In this document: positions 50,101 through 60,767 of the stretch, in pieces
Layout of the letters: every line of letters begins with the position of its first letter
Position numbering within the stretch: position 1 is the stretch's first letter
Origin: Puccinia triticina
Taxonomy: Eukaryota
Direction of reading: 5' to 3'
NCBI GenBank assembly: GCA_026914245.1
Contig: CP110439.1
Coordinates: 5,642,001-5,706,000 of the forward strand
Length of the DNA: 64,000 nucleotides
The notes under the pieces: generated by a model
What the model was told of the DNA's origin: nothing
What the model saw: the letters and a program-made list of their open reading frames with translations, nothing else
Databases searched by the model: none
Made by a program: the position numbers and the translations under genes

Positions 50101-52320
50101 TTTTTAAAAAAAAAAAAAATGATGTATGTAAAATGTTTTCAATTTTTACAATGACTAAAACCTGAACCAGAAATGAATTAAAGGGGATTAAATTTGGTTG
50201 GTTCATGTCAAATACCTACTACTGCCCTAAAGTTTTCCTTGTACTCCACCCTAAGAGCTTGGAATATACATTTTCCAAAGTTACATGCAAGTTTCAATTG
50301 TACAGATTTAAAATTGCATTTTTTTTAAATTTGAGAAACCTTAATCCACTCCAATAAATTTGGAATGAACATCTGTACACTCCAAAAAAAAAAAAAATGA
50401 AAAAAATGTTGCTTGGAAAAAATGTTTTTGGAGTGGAATTGGGTTTACTCCAAAATTTTTGGAGTGCATCATGGTTACACTCCAAAAAACAGGCCTTTTT
50501 GGAGTGTAATTTTGTTCACTCCAACAAAATTTCGAGTAGACTGTGGTTCACTCCAATGAAAGTTGGAGTGGACTACTGTTCACTCCATTTTTGGAGTGGA
50601 TGAAGTCATTTTTTGGTGTGGATTTAGCCTGCCCCGTGATAAAATCCCCACACATCAGTGATTTATAAGACGCTATAAGGATATTCCATTTATATATTCA
50701 TCCCAAGTTACTTAATTTCCTCTAGTATTGGATCTGCTAACTCTAAGCAACTAGCCACATTGGACATTGACACAACATGGCAATTGTATTCCTGATTTGA
50801 CCAGTGTGGATGAAGGCCAGATAAAGTAAAATAGTAAGATATATGCTTGTTCCATTGTTTGGAACAATTCCCAGATGTGTCATCTGCATAAAGGTTAATA
50901 GGGAAATTTCGGATGATACAACCTTTGGCTTTTGCACGCCAAGGGTTTGGGAGCTCAATTGAAGTTAATTTATGGTTATCATTTTCCTCTATAAACATGT
51001 AATTGGTCAAATAGGAAATCCATGTGAGTGACAGAGAATAATTCACTCACCATACATATTTCACCCACATTCTGCTTTCAAATAACTCTGATTTTCCATT
51101 TTAATTTCTGAATACATCTCATCAAATTCCATGATATCCACAACCTGCTGCTTGGAGTCAGAAAATTTGATATCTTTTGGAATAATGAGTTTGAAACCTT
51201 TTCCTGATTCATTTGTCTTGTGTTCAGGAACACAGCATTTGGCATACAGTTTCCCTTGAGCCTTGTAAAAAAATGTTGGGATAACCACTTGACCAGATAT
51301 CAGTCTTGTGGGTTCATATATGTAGAAATGCTTAAATTGTTTGTTGAAATTTTTGTAGACCATCTGCACCCGCACATCACGGGGTAAATCTTCTCTCCAT
51401 TTGAAGCTCTGATAGAGGCTGTCAATTGGATTACCACATGGGTCATGTGGATAATATTCCAGATGTCTGGTGACATATGGATTCAGCATTTCCTAATCAA
51501 AGCAAAACATGAGATCAGCTCAATATGCATATGTCAATTTGATAATGAATCACAAAAATTGGCCAAGATACCTTTCACACTAATGCAGAAAACCTTATTA
51601 TCCCACACACTGATTGAATCTTTAGTAATAAAGTTCAGATCCTTCCTTTGTCTATCTTTGGTACGACATGCAGCATCCCAATATGGCAGAACCAATTGCT
51701 TTGTTTTAAGTACGGTTCTGATATGGATGTATGCCACACAGGAAATAATGTGGTGCAAAAATCCCAGGATAAGACATGCAATGAATTCCTGATAAGTCAA
51801 AAGGAGCAATCTAAATGAGCAATACTCCGGGCATTAACAAATAATAGTCAGAGAATATAATGTGACAACAAATGATAAAGTTGTACCTCTTGTTTATGGA
51901 AAGGTGACCAATCCTCTTTCTTTTGGTCTTTTGATTGAGGCGGATGTTCTATTTCTGAAGTAATTGCACCCAAATGATCTCCAAATACCTCCAATGAGAT
52001 GAATTCTTCTGAATGGTCAGTGGGGGGTGGATGAACACCTGATGATTCTGAGGCAAAACCAAAATCATCATCATCATTGATAACATTAACATGATTTTCT
52101 ACCACTGGGGTTTGCATTTCAGTGTCAAAGGTATGTTGCTCTGGCCAGGTGTGGTCCAGATCCATATCTACTGAAGCATTCTGTTCCACTGGCTGCACTG
52201 GCGACCTGATATTAAACTGGCCATTATATTCTATAAACTTTCTGACAGCCCTCTGGTGTGTAGCTGAGTTCAAGTGACAATCCACTTCAGTGATTAGGTG
52301 ACCGCGGCAGTAATTGCATT
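47187..52320 (-). mobile_element. Decayed intron-containing EnSpm/CMC-like (Plavaka-related) transposase gene
   Basis: PINLYADDTSGNCSKQWNKH, LGDSPMHAE..SPCRMC, DTPVEILHVLQLG, KPKFHMLIHLPESVRRFGPPCLFSSEKFEAYNG..RNASIHSN. Several stops and frameshifts. Superfamily assigned by eye. Confidence 0.75.
49744..50635. mobile_element. MULE-type MITE (892 bp) in an intron of the transposase gene
   Basis: Long TIRs (~280 bp) starting GGGGCAGGCTAAATCCACACC and rich in CACTCCAA/TTGGAGTG; 9-bp TSD GTGATAAAA (49735-49743, 50636-50644). Confidence 0.9.
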
Positions 52321-53361
52321 GGTACCTGTTGAGTTACAGCAATATGTCACAGGAGCAATGGACGACAGGGCGAAGTGAGGAGGAAATGGCTGCGGAGTAA
52401 CATAGCTGTATCATCTACTTAGGGTCCACATAGCTTGTACATAGATGATAGTTATGCTTCCTTTCCTGTTTCTTTTTCCTCACTCACATTTATTGTCACT
52501 CATTGCTTGCACCATCAACAGGTGCTCATCTCATTGTCCCATTATTTGGTCCGCTGCTCACTGCCGCTTTCTCGGCATTTCACAGGTTATGAGCCCAGCG
52601 CTCCATTAACGCTGTTAGTCAGAATATCTCAAGAGCACGGACTTGATAGGACGATTCCCCTTCTTTTCAATTCTTCTTTAAAAGCAAGCAATTGTGGCAG
52701 GTCAACCAGGTCCCTCCAACAATGCCCAAACCTTTACCTGATCAAGTGGCTCCATCTGTTGATTCCAAACCCAACATTGAGGACGTCATCACTTCTCTTG
52801 ATTCCTTTCACACCGACACCACCAGAGACACCCTTTGCCTAGCCAATACCCTACTACCAGCCACTGCACCTGAAGACACCCTCAGTCTCCCCACTCCCGA
52901 CATCATGACCAAGTCTCATTCTATTGCCACTATCAGGTATTACACCGAGAAGCTTAACAGAAACAATTTTCCATCATGGAAACGGGAACTTTACACTGCC
53001 ATCAGCTACCTAAACTTGGATGAATTTCTACTCAAAGACCTCAACAAAATTACCGCCATCACATCAGCGGAGCAAGACCTCAAGGCCAAACAGGCAACCA
53101 ACATCATTTGCATGCACCTCGATGGTGAGAATGCAGCCAGATTTTTTGGCAATGATGAAATAGGGATCTTCAAGCCAAAGCAACTTTGGGACAACATCTG
53201 TGGGTACTATGCTGCCAAATCCATGGAAAACGCGGCTACTCTCATGAGAACCTTGGTCACCTACGACTTTGCCACCTCCACAAGTAACACAATCAACAAC
53301 TTCAGAAGCTTGTTCAAGATGTTTGTTGAGGTAACCAAATGTAGAGACTGTAAAATGAAGA

Positions 53362-53447
53362 TGTTTCTGGTGAGAGTCGAACTCACGACCTCAGCTATGC
53401 TGAGACACATACTAGAGTGCTGCCTTTACCAACTAGGCTACAGACGC
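53362..53447 (-). ncRNA. tRNA-like cassette in the TRIM 3' LTR
   Basis: Same as the 53785 copy, with one extra acceptor-stem mismatch. Confidence 0.7.
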
Positions 53448-53784
53448 TTGTGGCTGCCAGCTGTGTGGTTGGTTGGTAGTGCTCATGGGTTGATCCAACA
53501 GCCCTCCATACTGTGGTGATACATCATGGTAGCAGACTAACAGACACCTCAACACCCCCCCCTTGCTACATGATGGGAAGTGGGGATTGACCCCAAGAGA
53601 GAGTGGGAATGAGACCCAGGAAAGATGATCAGCGTAGGGATTGAACCTGTGATCTAGATGTAGGCTTATAGGGGTTTGCGTGGTCTTACAAGTAAGCATT
53701 CACAAATTCATCAAGTCTCTATTGTAAGCGAGTAGCCCTCAGGTAGCTCAGGGCTCATAACCTGTAGAGACTGTAAAATGAAGA

Positions 53785-53870
53785 TGTGTCTGGTGAGAGT
53801 CGAACTCACGACCTCAGCTATGCTGAGACACATACTAGAGTGCTGCCTTTACCAACTAGGCTACAGACGC
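53785..53870 (-). ncRNA. tRNA-like cassette (long variable arm, Leu/Ser-type architecture) in the TRIM 5' LTR
   Basis: GCGTCTG-TA-GCCT-AGTTGGTAA-AGGC-A-GCAC-TCTAGTAT-GTGT-CTCAGC-ATA-GCTGAG-GTC-GTGAG-TTCGACT-CTCAC-CAGACAC-A. The acceptor pairs 6/7, D and T arms are perfect, A and B boxes are present, and the anticodon arm is imperfect. Confidence 0.75.
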
Positions 53871-54674
53871 TTGTGGCTGCCAGCTGGGTGGTTGGTTGGT
53901 AGTGCTCATGGGTCGATCCGACAGCCCTCCATACTGTGGTGATACATCATGGTAGCAGACTAACAGACAACTCAACACCAAACACAAGTTTGAGAAGAAA
54001 ACCGTTGAAGGACTCATGGTTTATTGGGTCCTGATTGCGTTACCCACTCAATTCGCTCTCTTTAAAACCTTGAAATTCTTGGAATACGGCAAGCCTGATG
54101 CTGACCTGGCCATGAGCTCGTTTCTCACCAACCTTGAGCACAAAATCAAACGGCAAGTTGATCCTGTTGTCAATCAGAACGCACTGGCCGTGTCAAACCA
54201 AAAACAGCAAGCACAAAAAGCCAGCCAAGGACAATCCTCACGCGTAGGACAGACCAGGAGGCCGCGTCGGACTTGCGAGAACGGCGTGCACAACCCGGAC
54301 ACCAATCACTCTGCGGAAAATTGCTATCATCTCAACCCTGGTCAAGGTGTTGTGTACCACCAAGCAGCCATTGATCGACTCAATGCTTCTGCTGGAGTCA
54401 ATCCTAACTTGGGCTTAAGTGTTGGGCAGGGATTCACTGACGCCATAGTTCTTGACAGTGGCGCCTCTGGGCATTACCTCAAAAATTGAGACTACTTCTG
54501 TAGCCTGAAGGAGGTCAAATCGGCGGTCTATGCGGCCAATGGCACCTCAATTCCAATCATTGGTCACGGCCCAGCTGTCATCCACACAGCAGCGGGCCCG
54601 CTCAACATCAAGATGGCTTTTTATGCCCCAGACCTATCAAACTCGCTGATCCCACTCACCTACTACCTACAGCG

Positions 54675-54889
54675 TAGAGATGGCCATTTTGCACCCGCTG
54701 GCAGGTACCCGCCACCTTTCACAAGGCAACTGTGTGCCCTTGCAGGTACCCATGGCGGTGTGGGATGTTCAATCCTAGTAAAAACTCAAGGAATTCACTC
54801 CACAACAGCCCTGGGTACCTGCCAGGGCACACAGTTGCATCCTGAAAGGTGGCGGGTACCCGCCAGCGGGTGCAAAATGGCCATCTCTA
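54675..54889. mobile_element. hAT-type MITE (215 bp) in Copia pol
   Basis: TIR TAGAGATGGCCATTTTGCACCCGCTGGC; 8-bp TSD CTACAGCG; removal restores YYLQRGFSL. Confidence 0.92.
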
Positions 54890-55773
54890 CTACAGCGTGG
54901 CTTCTCCCTCAATCCAACTCATGGAGGTACTAGGTTCAAATGCCGCTCCGCTCAGGGCACTCTTTTTACCGGATCGACCTCATCAAATGTCCTTCTCATT
55001 GATCTCAACCCCTTGAAGGCTCTCTCGGCTAGCGCCCCGAATGCACTTGATCTCCATTGTGCGCTAGGGCATCCTAGTATCAATTACTTGAAGAAGGCCT
55101 ACCCTGATATCTCGATTGAATCGGTGGACTGCTCAGTGTGTGACGTGTCCAAAATGCATTGAATGCCTTTCTCCAAAACCTTCCCCAAGCCCTTGAGACC
55201 ACTGGAATGTATCCACATGGATCTGTGCGGACAATCACACCTACATTGCAAGGGGGGAACCGTTACTTCCTCAAAATTGTATTGGAAAGCCAATAAAATA
55301 CAGTGGTATTTTATTGGTAATAAATATGGCTTTTCTGGGTGATGTGGAGAAAATCCAATCACTCATCCCAGCAATACATCTGGTATTGGACTGTATTGGT
55401 GCTCTGATACAAGCTATTCTGATATGATACCATCACCTTATATTGTGCTAAAAAACAATCCAATGCCAAAACATATATTGGACTGTTACAATTTTGCACT
55501 ACAAAATAATGCAGAAGTTTTTTTCTGCTACAAAATAGACCATAGTGGTAATGTATCCAGGGTTGTTGCACAGCATGATAGCACATTTAGTGCAGTTTTA
55601 GCAAAAATCTGCTTCAAACTTTGGCTTGCCAGAAACAGCAGGGGTTTGGGTCTTTTAGTTCTATGTCAATTCCTGACAACTAGACTTTTTGATAACTGAT
55701 GTGGTGTTTTATCAGACAAGCACTGTACTGGTCCAAATTGAGCTTTTTTGGTTCAAACACAGGAATTTAACCT

Positions 55774-55802
55774 TGCAGCGGCGAAGCCGCCTTGGCCTCT
55801 AG
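55774..55802 (+). mobile_element. Helitron 3' terminus (fifth copy; 5' end not found)
   Basis: TGCAGCGGCGAAGCCGCCTTGGCCTCTAG|T, identical to the H4 end. Confidence 0.75.
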
Positions 55803-55884
55803 TCTTCCCTAATATTCCAATCAATATTGGAAAAGCCTTGAAACACCTTATCTTCCTATATCTTCCAATTGATATACGAAAATC

Positions 55885-57656
55885 ATGTCTGCCAGTCCCG
55901 TGAGACAATTTGCGCCCAGGTTTGCCGCACGCCAGCCAGCCACAGGTAAGCGCTAGTTTTCTGTTTGCTCTTGAAATCCAGTATACTCTAATGATTTAAT
56001 TGAACTCAAACCATTACAGGGCCCGTTTGCCGTTCCCAAAGATCCAAAACCACCGCTTGAGAGTCAGCAGCCCCCTACCCAGCCAACAGCCCCAATCAAG
56101 CACCAGCCGTGACCAAAGGACCCAATCAAGTTGCAGACAATGGTAGTATTCATCCCGAGTTGGCTTCAGCGGCTGCTCAAGTCGCAGGTGCAAGTTCAGG
56201 CTTGAATTCAGATATTGATCCTCTATTCTCTGCAGAAGAGCAAGACAATCATGACACCCCACTCACTGAATTGGGCCCGGGTCCAACGTCCGCCCCTGAG
56301 GACGAGGATATCCAAATCATTCAACAGCTTGGGGAATTCCTCCGACTCCCGGATATTCAGATTGAGAATATCCAACAAACGGCAACAGTAAGTCAAATTC
56401 CTTGAACCTCAACTCATTGATTCTGCTAATGAGATTAATCTGTTATTTATTTAGCTTGTGGGGAAAAATCATTGGCTTACCACCCTCATGTATCTGGAAT
56501 GGATACGCTACCAACTTGAGCAAACTGGCTCAATTCAACCCACGGAAGTTGGACCAGCTCCACAAGTAACCAGGCGCTTTGTTTTCCACCCCAATGTCCG
56601 GGTAAGTTTCTTATTTGGCATTCCTTGCGTGCCTGACCTGAAGTGAAACTTCCAAATCACAGGATTTCATTTGCCTGAAGATTCGAGAACACCTCCTCTT
56701 GTCTGATCTCCAGGCCTACTGTCACACCCAAACCGTGGCAAATTGCTTGCTCATAGCTAGGACACCTCTGGTGTTAGTAAAGGTAAGTACTGAGTAGAAC
56801 TTTGATGGTCTAGCAAGGTAAATTTGGCTGAATTTGGCCGGTACTGCAGGCCAGCATTGATATGATGCAAAATGAGTGGAAGGAGACGTTCATGCCACCA
56901 GGTTATTTCACCCCAGAAAACAAGGAAGTTACACGAGTTAGGGACCTCATCCAAGAGTTGCTTATATACAAAAAGAGCACCCTTGCCAAATTGGTGAGTC
57001 ATTTCTCTATTATTTTCCCTTTATTCCCATGTACCTCTGACATGTTTGTGTTTAGATTACGACCGGAGCAAGGCCGGGTTGCAGTAGTAATCCCCAGCCA
57101 ATCCACAAGCTGAATGACCTCATAGTCAAGGTGAGTGCTAACCTTGTCCGATCAATCTAACACTTGTTTATGTAGCTGATCCCTTGGTGATCAAATCTTA
57201 CGGGCAATGTCACCACGTCATGAACTGGAGGACTGGGCCAGCATAATCCAGTCCCTCACCTTGACCATGAGGGTACGGATGGCGTACATTTTCCTAAACT
57301 TATTCATTCAGCAACAGGTTGACAGAACCACCGCCCCACCTCACTCACCTTGGGAGGTAATAGATTGACATTTGGAACTAATGCGGACAAAGCCGAACAA
57401 TTTCAAGATTGCATAAGTGATTTTTGCTTGAGCAAAAATCTTAATGGTTAACTGACTGTGGGCCATTTTCAGCTTTGCCCGTATGGTCATTGCCTACGAT
57501 GCCAAATTATTTGATGGTAAAAACACTGCAATCAACATTCAGGGTGTTGCAGTTGCTCTCCCTTGTGATGAGGAGGTGCAAGAGCAGATCACTAGCCAAA
57601 GCCTTGCCCTGCTGACCGCCAATGAGGAAGCTCACGTTCCGGCGGAGATTTTCTGA
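55885..57656 (+). pseudogene. Multi-exon pseudogene of an unknown lineage-specific protein, probably transposon-associated
   Basis: A series of GT-AG introns with exons RRFVFHPNVR, MPPGYF..VRDLIQELLIYKKSTLAKL, RVRMAYI, PWEVID*HLELMR and FARMVIAYDAKLFDGKN; in-frame stops. Confidence 0.55.
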
Positions 57657-60600
57657 TTTCGTAATTGTTTTCCCTCCACATAGTTTTATCTCTCTCTCTC
57701 TCCCACCTCATAGATGTTTTTTTTTTTTTTTTTTTTCCCTTTTACCTCTACCCTTCCCCTTTTTTCCTCTCATGATGGCCACTGATATGCAATGTAGTAC
57801 GGATACCCCGGTGGTACCCTTATGATATCTGACGGATTGTGTCAGCCTTAGAGATACATCAAGTATCCAAAAGACTGCAATAACTTAGTAAGTAATAATA
57901 ATTATTAAATTATTATTGCAGAATCAGATTCCTCATCATAAATTAAGGGGGGTCACCCACTCAAAGTAACCCCTTATTCCTATTCCTTCATGTACTAATT
58001 GTATAAATAAGAATTGGCCCCAGAAAGCGCCCAAAAATAGTATTACATACAAAAATTTAGTAAAACAAACAAAGTACATAAAAATAAACTGTTGTACATT
58101 AATGAGTAATATTACTTGTGTAAAAATACCCTGTGAAAGTATTATGTAGACTTCTACTAAAGCTCTTTCACATGACAATTGGTTATAAACATGTCATGTG
58201 ACAGAGTCAGGGAAATTAGTCTATTACAATACACATAATTTGCCCACAGCCAAGCCCTGTTCACCATAGGGAGAAAAGGACTTAGTGTTTACGCCCACTA
58301 AAGTCCCCTCTATAAATAGAGGCCTATTTTGCCCTCAGGAAAAGATCCCCCAGACCATTCACCGCCCATAAACTGTAAGTTTGCCATGAATATTCTCCTC
58401 TGCTACTATTGTAGCCACTTTTCCTTATAAACCATCCCCAGCATGTAAAATCCACTGGATTAAACTCTTTAAATCATCAAAAATCCCTTATTAGCATATT
58501 TAAAGATCTATCCTTATAAGTAGTTGCCGTAAGACCTCTGCCTCCGTTAAGAAGCTAATCATTTTAAGCGCTTACCACCTACTTTTACGCCAAATTAATT
58601 CCCTGTAATTAATAATTACATAATTACTCCTTCCTCTGTTACAGAGTGTTGAAACCTTTGTAGTGGCCATATTTGGCACGTAACAAGCTTGATAATTTAA
58701 ATTACCAGTGTTTATATCAGCACAGTTATAGTGCTAGGCCCCAAAAACCTTAATTTTGACGGGTTTTTTTGCCCTAAGCTTTATAAACAGAGCTGTCATT
58801 TGGGGGCCTCATTGTGTTTTTTTACCCAGAGTACCTGTCAAGGATAAAACTGACTTTTTGCTGAGTTTTTTTTTTCCTTATTTTTAGCAATTATCCCCAT
58901 CTTTTTGCCGCCAGAACTCCAGTTTTTTACATAAAAAACCAATTAAATCCACTAAACAAGTACAACTTTTTTCCTTGTTTCTGACTTATTGCGCAATAGA
59001 GATAAAACATATAAAAAGTACATAAAACTAAAGGATACAAAACATATATTTTACATTCTATCCCTATATCACGACTTTAGTGTCTGTGCCAGCTGCTAAA
59101 CCAGTCGACAACCACCTGGATACGACGAAATCCGCCAATCCGAAGACCGCAACTGCAGACAAACCAGAGAAGAACGCCAAACGCACCGCCTTGCTCCCGC
59201 CAGGTTTTTTTCTCAGCCCGTACCAGGAGAGACGACGAACCCACCCGGCAACGTTACCGGCTAGGATCATTGAGAAACAGTTTGACCCGAAAGCCGCGGC
59301 GCTTAAGTTACTCAAAGGTTAGCCTCCTTTGAATCAACCAACGTAAAACATAAGAAAAAACAAATAGAACTAACCAATACTCCTCGAACATGGTTGATAC
59401 CAGATCGGGAAAGGACCACTCAGCAAACCCTCCCCCCACCAAGAGAGGTCAAGGAAGGGGAGGCCGAGGAGGATGAGCTCGAGGTAGTCACCAAGGAACC
59501 CCCTTGAGGTGAGTTTATACACCCCCTGAAGATATAAACAGAGACATAGAAGATTCAATACTAACGTCGCTCGGTCCTAGTCCTGAACAAAGCTCAGGAG
59601 GACGCAATAGCTATATTCAAAGCGACAAAAGCCGCCTATCTGAACCCAAAGAATTACAACAAGATGGATCTTCTCAAATCGTATCTGGAACAGGTGATCT
59701 CGTTGTTTCGGGTAGTCCAAAAGTTCCTCCCCTGGAAGGAAATTCTGACGAGACACTTGGACAGATGGAACCCATACACGGAGCGCAAACACATCAGAGT
59801 CCTCGAGAACAACAAGAAAGAAATAAAGGCAAACAACAAGAATGAGAAGAAGAAACCCTACAAAATTCCAAAGCTTGACCGTTCCAAACCGAAAGCATCG
59901 GGATCAAAGCCATACAAGCAAAAACCAAAGAGCGGCAAGAACAAATGGAAAGAAACATTCCGCATGGCTTGCGTGTTGATGGAAGTGAAGAAAGCAATTG
60001 AGGAGTAGATCAGATGGCTAACCAGTCCGAGCAGGAGATAATAGCCTCATCCAAACCCAAAGTTACAAGTGATTATTTTTTTCCTATTACTAATATAAAT
60101 CCTGTTGCATTGTCTTCTGTCCACACATCTACCTTGACCAATAAACCCAGTTTTGTGCAAGAGAAACCTTTTCCTAGTGATCATCCAGAGCCTGTCATAG
60201 CAAATATTGAACCTAATTCAGAGAATCCTAACATAGTGCGCAATAAGAGTAGCTCCAAGAATAAGCAAATTGTAGAGAACTCAAACATTAAGATAAGAAA
60301 TGATATTGCTAAACCAAACAATAAGAGCGTGCGCCAAGAAGTCCACCGCTTGAATAAGCAAGGACAACCTAGTAAACTGCCAAAAGAGGTTAAAGAAATC
60401 AACAAAAAAGATAAGACAGAAAACCTAGAAGAGCTTATTGACCCAAATGAGCCTCTAGCTGGAGTAGAAGATTTTTTTAATCAAATTGTGATTAAAAAAT
60501 TGAGCACATTGATAGTAAAATCAATGCCATCCACCAAAATGTACATGATATTGCTTTTAAAATGAAAAACTTAGCAGAAAATGTGGTGGATAGCGCTAAA

Positions 60601-60767
60601 GATATTGAAAAATCTTGTACTAGAGGTTAAGAAAACTACAGGAATAATACAACAAATAAACAACATAAAATTAGGACTTGTAGATTATAATAATAAATTA
60701 CAAAAAATCACAACAGAAATTCAGACAAATGCTAAAGAAACTACAGTAATTGCCAAATTAAATGCAA

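Larger units (their letters stand above)
53340..53977 (-). mobile_element. TRIM (638 bp) with tRNA-like sequence in both 215-bp LTRs
   Basis: LTRs 53340-53554 and 53763-53977; TSD CCAAA; minus-strand PBS GGTTATGAGCCC (53751-53762) and PPT AAGGGGGGGG (53555-53564); 208-bp non-coding interior. Confidence 0.93.
52327..55280 (+). mobile_element. Truncated Ty1/Copia element (5' LTR ~52327-52584, gag, PR, start of IN)
   Basis: TGTTG...CACA followed by PBS GGTTATGAGCCC. EKLNRNNFPSWK (gag), CENGVHNP..H..C, IVLDSGASGHY (protease), HCALGHPS..CSVC, IHMDLCG..RYFLKIV (integrase), then broken. Confidence 0.9.

Noticed and set aside
53785..53870. Functional or amber-suppressor tRNA (CT-CTA-G reading)
   Set aside because: The anticodon arm cannot form a canonical 5-bp stem with a 7-nt loop in either register, and the sequence is part of an LTR.
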